A DNA stretch of 64,000 bases, from contig CDMY01000387.1 of the NCBI GenBank assembly GCA_001179505.1, forward strand, positions 26,326-90,325. The letters are read 5' to 3'. The position numbers were made by a program, and so were the translations under genes. The notes beneath the pieces were generated by a model, which made no database searches, was not told where the DNA came from, and worked only from the letters and a program-made list of their open reading frames with translations. The stretch comes from Vitrella brassicaformis CCMP3155 (taxonomy: Eukaryota; Protista; Chromerida). Of the stretch, positions 46,201 through 58,300 are shown in pieces; position 1 is the stretch's first letter, and each line of letters begins with the position of its first letter.

Positions 46201-49200
46201 CCAGACCACACCTCTGGAAACATGGCTCGAGGTCATCCCACAGATACTCGCCAGGTGCGGGGAGAGTCACGGGAAACACAACAACAGCGGCTGTGAGATG
46301 AACGCAGGTATGTTTGTACGATGGATGCACAGGCTGCGATCGTCCAACAAGGCTCTGCAGAAGACCATTCACGCGCTGCTCAAGCGCATCGGCAAGGAGT
46401 ACCCCCAGGCACTGGTCTTCCCCCTCACCGTCGCATCCAAGTCAGCCATATCAGAGCTCTCCAAGTCGGCAAGACAGCTGCTCCAGGAGATCGAACAACA
46501 CTTCCCAGTAAGTGCGCCAGACCATCCATCCATCCACCACCCTCCGGTGCACCCCTCCTCTATGCTATGTGTGGCTTTGTGTGCAGGTGTTGGTTCAGCA
46601 GTCGTTGATGGTGAGCGAGGAGCTGATCCGCGTGTCAATCCTGTGGCACGAGCAGTGGTACGAGGCGCTGGAGGAGGCCTCCCGCCTCTACTACAGCGAG
46701 CGGGACATCGACGGCATGGTCCAGGTCCTCCTGCCGCTCCACAACATGCTCCGGAGGGGCCCTCAGACACTCAGGGAGACGGCCTTCATTCAGGTAGGCA
46801 CATGCATGCATACACTGCAGCCACACCCACTCGCTGCACCCCCGACACGATGCGCGATGCCTTCCTTCTTCAGGCCTTCGGCCGCGATTTGGAGGAGACC
46901 GAGAGCTGGATCAAGAGGTGGAAGCGTCACGTGCCGGCAAATGACGCCAAAGACACCCCCCCGCCCCAGAAGAACGGCCAGCAGGGCGGCACCACCAAGG
47001 GCAGTGCAATCGGCAAAGCGGCCTCGGGGCAAGGTGGTGGTGGTGGTGGTGGTCAGGGCCAGCAGCAGCAGCAGCAGGGCAAGGAGAGGGAGAGGGCACC
47101 GTCGGGTGGCACCAACAAGGCCGGTGGTGTGTCGAGCCAGCAGCCGCAGAGGGCCGACATCGATCAGGCATGGCAGATCTACTACCGGGTCTTCCAGAAG
47201 ATTCACAGACAGGTCGGCCGGGTCACACACAGACAGACAGACAGCCCCCCACCCATCACTCCCTCCCAATGTGTGCCGACAGATTCAGTCGCTGACCCAC
47301 TTAGATCTGCAGTATGTGTCGCCGAATCTGCTGTCGGCCAAGGACCTGCAGCTGGCGGTGCCGGGCACCTACAAGCCCGACGAGCCGCCCGTGCGGATCT
47401 TGGCCTTCACGCCGTCCATCCAGGTGGTCAACTCCAAGCAGAAGCCGCGCATACTGCAGATGGAGGGATCCGACGGACTCAAGTACAAGTTCCTCCTCAA
47501 GGGCCATGAAGACCTCAAACAGGACGAGCGCGTCATGCAGGTACGTGCCCATAACCCACAGACGCACCCCCCACTCCCTCAACGAGTCAGTCCATCGCTA
47601 TGCGTGTATGGGCGTGTGTGTGTGTGTGTGTGCAGGTGTTTGGCCTGATCAACGACCTCCTGCTGAGCCACTCGGAGGCCTCCCAGCGTGACCTGGCCAT
47701 CGCGCGTTATGCGGTGGTGCCGTTGTCGACGAACAGCGGTTTGATAGAGTGGGTGCCGCACTGCGACACGCTGCACTCGCTGATCAAGATGTACCGTGAC
47801 GCCAACAACATCACCCTCAGCCTCGAGCACAACCTCATGAAGTCCATGTACGCCAAATGCGACGACCTCTGCCTACTGCAAAAGGTGGGTGGGTGACCAA
47901 CCGGCCACAAGACAATAGCCGCAGCAACCAGCCCCGGAAGTAGCCACAGTAGCCCGTCTGCCTCCGTGTGTGTGTGTGTGTGTGTCGATAGGTTGAGGTG
48001 TTTCAGTACGCCCTGGACTGCACGAGCGGCGAGGATTTGGAGAAGATGCTGTGGCTGCAGTCGTCGAGCAGCGAGGTGTGGCTGGCCAGGCGGACTGTCT
48101 ACTGCCGCTCCCTGGCCGTCATGTCAATGGTCGGATACATACTCGGACTCGGCGACAGACACCCATCCAACCTCATGCTCACCAGGCAAGAGGATTGCGG
48201 CCGGCATGGCGGCGAGGGGGTGTGTATGTGTGTGTGTGTGTGTGTGTGATGGTGATGCATTCCTGCAGGTCTTCGGGGCGTGTGGTGCACATAGACTTCG
48301 GCGACTGCTTTGAGGTGGCGGCGCTGCGCGAGCGGTTCCCCGAGAAGATCCCCTTCAGGCTCACACGGATGCTCCTCAACGCCCTCGAGATCTCAGGCGT
48401 CGAAGGCAACTTCAGGCACACGTGTGAGCTGGTCATGGGCGTGTTGCGGAGCAGCAAGGACACCCTCATGGCCATGCTGGAGGCCTTCGTGGACGACCCC
48501 CTGATCACGTGGCGCCTCCTGCCGGCAGCCAAGCTGCAGCTGCAGCCGCACCAGACCACCACCACCGCAAACACCACACCCCAACAGCCCCCTCTCACCC
48601 AACAGCAACAGCCCCCCACCACAGCAGACCCCCTTCCATCCACACCGCCGTCATCAGACCAGCCCCCATCGGGCGCCCCTCTGACCGGCACCGACCCAAT
48701 GGGCGTCCGGTCGGGGGCCTTCCCGAAGCTGCCCACCCACCCTGAGGACAGGGAAGGCGAGCAGGCCGCCATGCGAGAGGAGGGAGGAGACGACGGAGGG
48801 GGCGGGGGAGGGGGTGGGGGTGAGGGGGCCGTCGGGCAGAATGGGCGGCAGAGATCAGCGGCTGTTGTTGAGCAGCATCCGAGGGAGCCTGTGACCACCC
48901 GAACTACAGCTGCTGGGCTGCCCCCTGGGGGCGACCTGAGGCACGGTGGGTTCCCCCAGGGCCGCGTGTCGATGGCTGGGGACATGGAGAAGGACCCCCA
49001 CATGGTGTCGACGCACATCAAGCAGAGCCGGCAGCGGGAGCTCAAGCAGTACCTGGGGCCGGAGGGCATGCGCGCCAACCCCGAGATGCTCTCCACCTAT
49101 GCAAGGTCCGTCATACGCAGAGTCGACAGCAAACTCAGCGGCACCGACTTCGGGTACGGACGGATGGACTGACTCACTCCTACACACGGGGAGGATGGGC

Positions 49201-49350
49201 GACCATATGGTTGTGATGTGTTCGTGTGTTTGTGGGTGTGTGTGCAGGTCTGAGCATGACATCCCTGGTCAGGTAGAGCGTTTGATCCAGGAGGCCACGT
49301 CACACGAGAACCTATGCCAGTGCTACCTGGGGTGGTGCCCCTTCTGGTAG
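37234..49350 (+). CDS. TOR: Target of rapamycin kinase (HEAT-FAT-FRB-PIKK-FATC)
   Basis: HEAT region [13 protein letters not shown]; [20 protein letters not shown]; [15 protein letters not shown]; [22 protein letters not shown]; kinase [38 protein letters not shown]; [18 protein letters not shown]. Confidence 0.98.
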
Positions 49351-50178
49351 CTCATCTAGATGGATAGATAGACCACTGCCAAGAGCCGCGTGTTGCGGGG
49401 GTGAGCTTGTTGTGTGTGTGTGTGTGTGTGTGTTTGTACAGTATGAGTGCCGTGCCGTGCCGTGCCGTGCGGTGCCGTGATATTCATTCCGTAGGCTTTT
49501 TTCGTCCACCCACATTGCATACAAGTCGTGAGGGCGATGCGATGCGATGTGGTTTTGCATCTCCTACGTATGTATGTCTTGTGTACACACACCCTCACCC
49601 ACCTCACTCTGTTCGTGGTGTAGACAAATGGGCGATGGAGGCGATGGATGGATGTGGCCTCCCTCTTGCCTTGAGACGTCTCTGTCTGTGTGTGTAGAGT
49701 AGAGTACAAGCGTATACATTTGTCTGTCCTCCTGATCCCATCCATCCCCACCCACCCACCACTCAAACCAAACACGACTGACTCATTCATACACGCCCGC
49801 AGAGTAAACAGACACCGACAAAACGATCGATCGCTGCCGGCTTCATTCAAACAAAACAGACAGACGGCTTTCTGTGCCCACAGACCGACCGACATATACA
49901 CACATATGCACAGTCGCCCAGCCACCCGCCCCGCCCCACCCCACCCCCAGCCACCCCCCCAGGCAGCAAGCAGTTGAAAGCAACCCTCCAGAATACAGAC
50001 AAGACCCTTTGGACAACCGTGTAGCAGCAACATGCAGCAAAGAATGGAACGATTGGCAAGCAAAGCAAGACGCGCAGCGCACCCGGCGTGTTGGTCCTTC
50101 CTCCCTCCGTCCCTCCCTCCCTCCTCACTCAACAAAATGAACGAATGCACGTGTGGCCAGCCAGCAGGGCCTCTCTCC

Positions 50179-53100
50179 TCATGTGAAGGCGGTGATGACC
50201 TCGGTGGCCGACCCCCTGATGAGCACCACACGCTTCAAATCAGCACACAACACCTGACGAACGCAAAAGATGGAATGAACAACAGAACAGGCAGCTCAGG
50301 TGGCAGTCAGTGCCTCAGTATGTATGTATGTCTGTGTGTGTGTGTCGGTCCGCACCTCGACAAACTGCATGTATCCGAACGCACTGTGGTCTTGCGGCAC
50401 GTCAGGCAGGTTTGTCACCACCAGATCCGCACTCAACGAACGCTGTTTGGCACACATGACATCCACGCGTGCGTTCCTTTGTGTCCGCATTCATTCGTCC
50501 ATCCCATCTATAGGTACCGATCTGAATGCGGCGTTGAGGGCCTTGGCGGCGTCCAGCACCGCCTCGTGCGCCTGGCTCACGCTCTGCACACACACACACA
50601 CACACACAAAATCCTCACGCCCTTCGGTCGGGTGTCAGTCAGGGTGTCCCTCACTCACCTCGAGTTCTTCCCGCTTCATGGCAAAAGAGACCGGGAAGAA
50701 CTGAGGCCCCCGCCCCTCCTCGATGAGCGGGTCGCTCAGCCGCCGCGGGCTCTTCTGGCCGCTGCCGCCACTCTTGGGGCTGCTGTTGTCGAGCGTGGCG
50801 TGTTTGGGGGTCTGGCTGCTCCCCACATTGCCCCCCGACGCACCCCGCCTGATCTGTGGCTGCGGCTGCTGCTGTGGCTGTGGCTTGGCGGGTATGGCGG
50901 CCCTCTTGGGTGCGGGTGAGGGTGGCGATGTGACGGGGAATAGTGGGGTGGAGTCTGAGTGGGGGACGGTGTCGATGTCCTTGAGACGCTCCATCTGAAG
51001 CTTGTGGGTCAGCAGGTCCGTCCCTGTTGGCCGCATGGATAGCAGGACAGAGAGGGAAAGATGCGCTTTTCGTTTGATGAAACGAAGCGCCGTGCAGTGC
51101 ATGGAATTGCGCGCACGCACCGGACATGAGCTGAAAGGTGGGCTGGCGCAGGAAGCGGGAGCCGGCCTGTCACACATGTAAGTTGGACATATACAACGAA
51201 CGGCAAGTGTGTTGACTTGACAGACGGAACAGAAGCAACACATTTGTGTGTTTGGGGGGGGGGGGGGGGGGGGGGNNNNNNNNNNNNNNNNNNNNNNNNN
51301 NNNNNNNNNNNNNNNNNNNNNNNNNNNNNNNNNNNNNNNNNNNNNNNNNNNNNNNNNNNNNNNNNNNNNNNNNNNNNNNNNNNNNNNNNNNNNNNNNNNN
51401 NNNNNNNNNNNNNNNNNNNNNNNNNNNNNNNNNNNNNNNNNNNNNNNNNNNNNNNNNNNNNNNNNNNNNNNNNNNNNNNNNNNNNNNNNNNNNNNNNNNN
51501 NNNNNNNNNNNNNNNNNNNNNNNNNNNNNNNNNNNNNNNNNNNNNNNNNNNNNNNNNNNNNNNNNNNNNNNNNNNGTGGGGGCGCTTACGGCGAGTGGGT
51601 GCGTAGGCGGCAGCTTCTCGGGCAGCCCCACGTGTGGGATGAGTGTGCGCCGCTTGGCGATTCTGTATCTGAGATCGGTAACCGTGTGGAACACCCCGTC
51701 CATCGGGAAGATCTGCAGCTCTATCGGCAACCTATACACACACACACACACACACGGTGGCTGTGGGTGTGGGTGTGTGTGGCTGTCCCAGTGTGCCTAG
51801 CTACCGGTGGTCTTTGATGTACTCCTCCAGCTCTTCGTGTACTTCGGGTTTGTCCTGCCCCCTCTCGACCACTGCAAACAGCCGCAGCTTGCACGAGTGC
51901 CACACGCGGTGCTTCTGCAGAAGGAACGGCATCAGCAGCAACAGGCCGCCGTCAGTCACCACCCACCATATGTCAATCGTCCCTGAAAATCAATTATACA
52001 GGTCGATCCCACCATCACCCACACACAATCCACCCTTCGATGCCTGTGTGGGTGTGGGTGTGGGTGTGGGGGGCAGGCAAGGCTCTAACCGTTCATGATT
52101 TGGTTGTTGAGAGGGAATGTGGCCGTGTTGTTGGTCTTGAGGAGTGCCACCGACTTATCGAGGCACGTGCAGAGGTGGATGGTCTTGATGAGCGCCACGC
52201 GGGCGTCCGTGTTGACGGCCCAGTCGATCGGCCATGACGCCACGATGCAGTTGGGCTCAAAGCCACCCAGGCCGGCTGCATCGAACCAACACACACAGAG
52301 AGAAGCCGGGCTGCATGGGATGTGTGTGTGTGTGTGTGTGCGTGTGTGTGTGTGTACATACATAGTTGTATGATGTGTGAGAGGGCCTCGAGTCGTTTGC
52401 CCGAGTAGAGGATCTTGGCGAAACCCATGATGTCGATGTCACGCAAACTCTTGGACACCGTGTGGTTCCTACACGCACACACACGCACGCACAAAGCAGC
52501 GGAATACCGTGGAAGACCCTCCCCTGTGTGCGTGTGTGTGTGTGTACCAGTTGCGCAGTGTGTTGAATTTGAGTTTGGTGGGGTCCTCGTCGACGATGCC
52601 GCCGAGGATGGTCAGCCCACGGCCCTCCTTGAGCTGGGAGACAAAGTGAACCTGACAACACACACCACACCACACCCACGAGAGATAGACATTGCCACGA
52701 ATGCAATCAATGCTGCGGAGTATCTATCCCTGTGTGTCTGCATGCACACGCATCACGGACTGACCAGTTCAGTGTCGTTGAGGACCAGCCCCTGTGAGCC
52801 GTCAGGGTTGGGCGTCAGGCCGACCAATGCCAGCACCTGCGGGCGCCAGTTCTGTTCAAACACACGGTAGGTTAAAAGGCAGACAGACAGATTTGGACAC
52901 CCCACAGACAGGTGTGCTGTGCCAGGGCATCTGTGTGCAGATATATCAGATACTTTGGTGTGTTGGTAGGGGTCGAGGTCAGTGAGGAAGTTCCTGGCCC
53001 ACTCGAACTTGACGCCACGCACGCCGTCGCCCCAATTCAGCTGCTGGCTGTGGTAGCTCACGTATCTATCACAAACCAGACCACACACAATGTGATATCA

Positions 53101-55846
53101 GCGAGAGGGAGGCAGCACCTATTGCGTGGCACGGGTGGGTGGGGTGCGGCTCATGTGTTTACCTGAAGAGGATGAGGGCAAAGATGAAGGCCGCCAGGCA
53201 CGCATACCACGATATCATGATCATCAAGGCCAGACACAACAACATACCTACACACACACACACACACACACAAAAGATGGAGTCGAGTCGCGCTGCAGCC
53301 GACCACACCCTCCCCCCACACCGCACACACACACATGCGCAACTGTGCTCCCTTCCTCCCGCTCACCCACCAATCATGGCCACAGACCAGTGGTAGAACC
53401 GAAACCCTGGACGCCACGAAGGCATCTGCAAAGCACACACACAACACACAACACGCACACACAGGAACGAACAATCAGGCAAAACGGTACACATGACTGT
53501 GTGTGTGTGAGTTAGGCTAGGCCCCACCAGGCCCCTTTTGTCTGCCCTTTCACATCTCTCTGTGTGGGTGCGTTCCGGTGCGTTCCTTCCCCTGCCCTCC
53601 CTCTGACCTCACCTTGAGGACAGAGAGCAGAAAGCACGCCAGGTTGACGAACAGGTAACACATTAGGAAGAAGATCGTAATGATGGGCGCCACGAAGTTG
53701 AGGTCTCCGCTGCAGATGCACCCCGCACAGATGACGGTGCTTAGTGCCAGCGCCAGGCGAGGCTCCTGCCCCGGACGCACAGCAAAGCGCCGCAAAAAGG
53801 GCACCGTCCCGTCACTCGCAATGGCCGACAGCAGCCGGGGGGCGCTGATCAGCGACTGGAGGGCGGCACCGATGGTCGACGCCATGACGCCGTACGACAC
53901 CATTTCCGGCACAAGGGCGCTGGTGGATGCGAAGAACTTGTCGTTGACGAGGACGAATCGCGTGGCGACGGCGCCGTTGATGAGGCAGAAAGAGAGGTAG
54001 ATGACGCTGGTGAGTATTTGCGCGAAGAGTGTGCCGAAGGGGATGTCCTTGCCGGGGGTGCGGAGGTCGGCCGACCGATTGGACCCCGCCATGATGCCGG
54101 TGCAGGCGGGGAACCACAGGGAGAGCAGCCAGATGAAGGCCCTGCTGTCGACGATCTTGCCGTCGTCACCCTTCCAGTCGGTCTCGGGCTTCGGGATGAT
54201 GGCGAACTGACGGATGTCGTAGTCAGGCCACAGGTTGTCGGCAAACACACCCGTGTCAATGCCCACAAAACCCCTGCCGGCCGGTATAATGAAAGACAGA
54301 CAGATAGAGAATCATGAGGTGTCGCGGTGTGATAGATGGGGTGGATGCCGCCGTGTGGACTGACTGTTTGAATGACACCCACCCGTCGGTTTTGAGCCGG
54401 ACTGTCTGTGCCTTCCGGTTGATGACAACGCCTTCAGCCTCAGCCTCCGTGACGATTGTCACAGGCTCTGTGAGGATGGTGTTGTTGACGTTGGGGCTGC
54501 CGTCCCCCAAGTCAACGATCGTAGTGGTGACTGTCCCGTTCTCAATGGTCGTCACGCTGATGCCGTTGGAGAACGTCACGACGCTGGTGGTGTTGTCCTC
54601 TATGAACACCTCACCCTGGAGGGGCGTCGTCTTGTACGTGGTATTGGGTGTGGTTGTGATGAAGTCTGCTGGGACGGCGGCCAGGTCCACTGTGGTGGGG
54701 GTGAGGTCCGTCGGCCCCACAAAGCAGCCCAGGTACATGAAGCCGATGACCATCAACACCACCATCAGAAAGACAGTGCCCGCACGAGCCACCCATTTCA
54801 GACCAACCTAACAGCCAGCACACATGTGTGTGACGAATGCAAGGAAACACACACGATGCAGGTAGGGTGGTCTGGGCCGTCCCCTTCCTTGCTCTGTCTG
54901 CTCACTGACCGCGACGGCGAACACGCACAGTGCGAGGCAGATGAGCCCGGTGACTCTGACGTTGTTGAGGTCTCTTCCCGCCTCCGTCGCGGGGAATATC
55001 TGGGAGTCCGGCTGCACCACCTCCCACGCCTCCACAGTACCGATCAGATACATGGACGCGCCGACACTGTTGCCCAGGTAGAAACACAGACCCACAGCCG
55101 CGCCAATCGGCGGACCTGACGAAGCGGTCGACACACACAGACACACAACACACCATACCATGATAGAAGCTCAGCTCGGTCGATCCACACCAATCACACA
55201 CGTGGCACAGGTACCTACCCAGTGAGCGTGAGATGAGGAAATACGAGCCTCCCGCCCGTATTTTGCCGTTGGTCGCCACGGCACTCAGAGAAAGCGCCGT
55301 GATGAACGTGCACGAGCAGCAAATGAAGACAATGAGCAGGCTGAAGAGAATCCCCGCCTTGCCCACGATCCAGGGCAGCCGGAGGAAGAGCAGCACCCCG
55401 AGTATGTTGGCCATGCACGGGAAGATCACCCCCATCACCACCCCCTGCTTGGGACCGCCCTCTGTCTGCATCTTCTCGTGGTGCTTGGCCGCCAGGCCTA
55501 TCACCGACCCTCTGTCCCCCCGCCACACGGCATCCTTCTTCCTCGTGGACAGAGGGGTGCCGAAGCTGTCGACCTCCGAGGGACCCTCGGGCAGTGGGTC
55601 CATCCCGAGCCGTTGTCGAGGAGGGGCCATATCGCGATGCACTTGTATGAGTCGCTCGGCGGGCATGCTGTGGTGGCGGTAGACATCGAGGCCCTTCTCG
55701 GGGTCGGCTGCCTGCTGGTGGTGGTCAGGGAGGGGGACCTGCCTGGCCTGGTTGCTCTGCACGTGGCTTCGGTAGTCCAGGTCCCCCAACTCACTCGGGT
55801 TGACCGACGCACTCGTTTGGGGAAAGTTGTTGGTGGTGGTGGTCAT
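50179..55846 (-). CDS. Cation-chloride cotransporter (SLC12, KCC-like); spans an assembly gap
   Basis: GVIFPCMANILGVLLFLRL, TALSLSAVATNG..RAGGSYFLISRSLG, FPACTGIMAGSNRSADL..P.KDIP.GT, NWRPQVL, TIDIWW...DGGL, and end VLIRGSATEVITAFT*. Confidence 0.95.
51276..51575. other. Assembly gap (300 N) after a G22 run
   Basis: N run preceded by a G homopolymer at 51254-51275. Confidence 1.
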
Positions 55847-56053
55847 CTTGCTGACTCAAATGCAGACCCCGGCAGCGACGCAGCAAAGACAGAACACTGC
55901 CAAAGAACGGGGAATGGAAGACTCCCGGATAAGGTGTCGAAAGAAGGTCGATGAACCAAAATTAGTCAATGCTCCACCTGGAGCAGGGCAGCTTGTACCG
56001 AGACCGCTCCCTCGAGGGCTTGGAGAAGGGAGAGATGGCCGCTCTCTCCTCGT

Positions 56054-56061
56054 AGCTCGCA
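56054..56061 (-). promoter_or_regulatory. TGCGAGCT candidate promoter motif between SLC12 and DNALI1
   Basis: tagctcgcaa, 57 nt upstream of the ATG at 56118. Confidence 0.55.
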
Positions 56062-56117
56062 AAACCCCCAGGCGCCCCCCGTCTTTTGGCACTTTCGGCG
56101 CCTTCCCTCCCCCCAGG

Positions 56118-57344
56118 ATGATCAAGGAGGGCCGTCCTCGCGAATCTCTGGTGAGATGGGTGCATTGCAGCCACATGCAGCCACTGCATGCTCTCACATG
56201 CGTTTCTCTCCTCGTGCAGGTCAAGTATGACTCGCCTCTGGAGCTTGGCCCTGCGCCGGCCGGCCAGCAGCCCGGTGCGGCGAAGACAGCAGCGGCCAAG
56301 AAGAGCGGTGCGGGTCTCAAGGCGCAGCTTGGGAAGCGTGTGCAGCTGCCGCAGTTGGAGTCGAAGCCGAGCCCGGAGGACCTGCTGCACGCCATTCTGC
56401 CGCCACGAGAGTGGCTCGAGACCAACAGACACTACATACAGGTCTGTCTGTCTGTCTGCCCGTGCGGATGTGTTTGCTGCACTGCATCGACGACGCACAC
56501 ACACTCAACGAGTTGTGGTGTGTCTGACGTGAGACATGCAGTATGTGTCGAGCACCCCCGCGACGCGCCTGGATGTGATTCAGCTGCAGGAGGCCCTCGA
56601 CCAGCGGCTGATGGAAAGACAGGCCCGGGAGTCGGGTATCTGCCCCGTCAGGGAGGAACTCTATGCACAAACATTCGGTGGGCCAAGGGGAGACAGACAG
56701 ACAGACAGACGTCTGCGGGCGAGAGAGATGCTGATGCCGTGTTGGTGGTCAGATGAGCTGATCCGTCAGGTGACCATCAACGGGCCTGAGAGAGGCCTCC
56801 TTCTCCTTCGGTATGCTCACGCGGACTCTTGCGGTTCGCTTCTGACAGACAGACACCTTTCTTTCGTTGTGAGTGCAGCGTCCGTGACGACATCCGCATG
56901 ACGATAGCGGCGTATCAGACTTTGTACGGGTCGAGTGTGACGTTCGGCACCCGCAAGCAGCTGCAGAGCGAGCAGGGCAAGTCGGAGACCGAACAAATGG
57001 TCAGCAAGAAGCAAGAGAGAGAAGGAGAGAGGGAGATTTGTATGGTCGGCTTGTGGTCCGATGTGGTGTGGTTCGTGTGTTTCATATGCAGATTGACGAG
57101 TTGGAGGCTCAGCGTCAGCAGTTGGAGGCCAAGGTGGTCGAGCTCAGGAACAAGTGCGAAGCTGTTGAACGGTCAGCACGACACACATGCGCACACACCC
57201 CATCTGCGCATCATTTTCTGTGGCTGTTGTGCCATGGTCGATGGGATTCAGTCGCGAGACGGAGAGGCAGCAGATTCTGAAGCGCAAGCGGCAGGAGGAG
57301 GTACATGCGCACGGACTGTACTCATCAGGACCATCCATCTCTAC

Positions 57345-57377
<33 letters not shown>

Positions 57378-57449
57378 TCCGAGCAGATTGACTTCCTTAA
57401 GCATCAGGGTCAGCACCTGGAGGCATTCCTGAAGGGGCTCGAGAAGTAG
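56118..57449 (+). CDS. DNALI1: Axonemal inner-arm dynein light intermediate chain p28
   Basis: ESLVKYDSP, ILPPREW, VSSTPATRLDVIQLQE.LD.RL..RQARESGICPVREELY.Q.FDELIRQVTINGPERGLLLLRVRD. Confidence 0.95.
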
Positions 57450-57563
57450 ACCAGACCCGTGTACCACGACAGTTGGGTGGTTGGTTTGTGGTGTGGGGCT
57501 GGGTGTGGGTGTGGGTGTGGGTGTGGGTGTGTGTGGGTCCATGGGGGGGGGGGGGGGGGGGGG

Positions 57564-57863
57564 NNNNNNNNNNNNNNNNNNNNNNNNNNNNNNNNNNNNN
57601 NNNNNNNNNNNNNNNNNNNNNNNNNNNNNNNNNNNNNNNNNNNNNNNNNNNNNNNNNNNNNNNNNNNNNNNNNNNNNNNNNNNNNNNNNNNNNNNNNNNN
57701 NNNNNNNNNNNNNNNNNNNNNNNNNNNNNNNNNNNNNNNNNNNNNNNNNNNNNNNNNNNNNNNNNNNNNNNNNNNNNNNNNNNNNNNNNNNNNNNNNNNN
57801 NNNNNNNNNNNNNNNNNNNNNNNNNNNNNNNNNNNNNNNNNNNNNNNNNNNNNNNNNNNNNNN
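57564..57863. other. Assembly gap (300 N) after a G21 run
   Basis: N run flanked by G runs, located between the convergent 3' ends of two genes. Confidence 1.
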
Positions 57864-58300
57864 GGGGACATCCGAGTGGCCATGGCTGAATGCATTGAGT
57901 ATCGCGCATACAGTGTAGTGTGTGCATGCTGCACAAATTCACTAGAAGCCATCAATCCGCCACACAAACCATCCGCCACACGTGCAGCCCACCCCTACAT
58001 CAGCCCACACACATACACACGCACACACACACATGCATCTCATCTGCCCATGTCATGTCTCCACATGCACTCACGCACGACGTGTGTCCATCCATCCATC
58101 CAAGCCCGCAATGCACGTCGGACGGACGGACGGACGGACAACATCAAGTCAACTTAGTCACTGTACAGGATTGCAGTAGTGGCTGGGCTGCCTCCCTGCT
58201 CGCTCGCTGGCTGCGATCTGATCTGTGTATGTCATGTCTGTGTGTCATAGCTATGTGTAGGTATCGACTACTCTCCGCCGCCCCGCCTGTACGTATCTCC

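Noticed and set aside
48179-49096. 305-aa ORF on the - strand, and similar antisense ORFs across TOR and SLC12
   Set aside because: Low-complexity shadows of real exons in high-GC DNA.
51170-51817. ORFs spanning the N gaps (also 57397-58157)
   Set aside because: Artefacts of translating N as X.
55800-56117. Long N-terminal extension of DNALI1 suggested by the ORF track
   Set aside because: Overlaps the SLC12 start region. The conserved start MIKEGRPRESLV at 56118 and the promoter motif at 56054 fit better.
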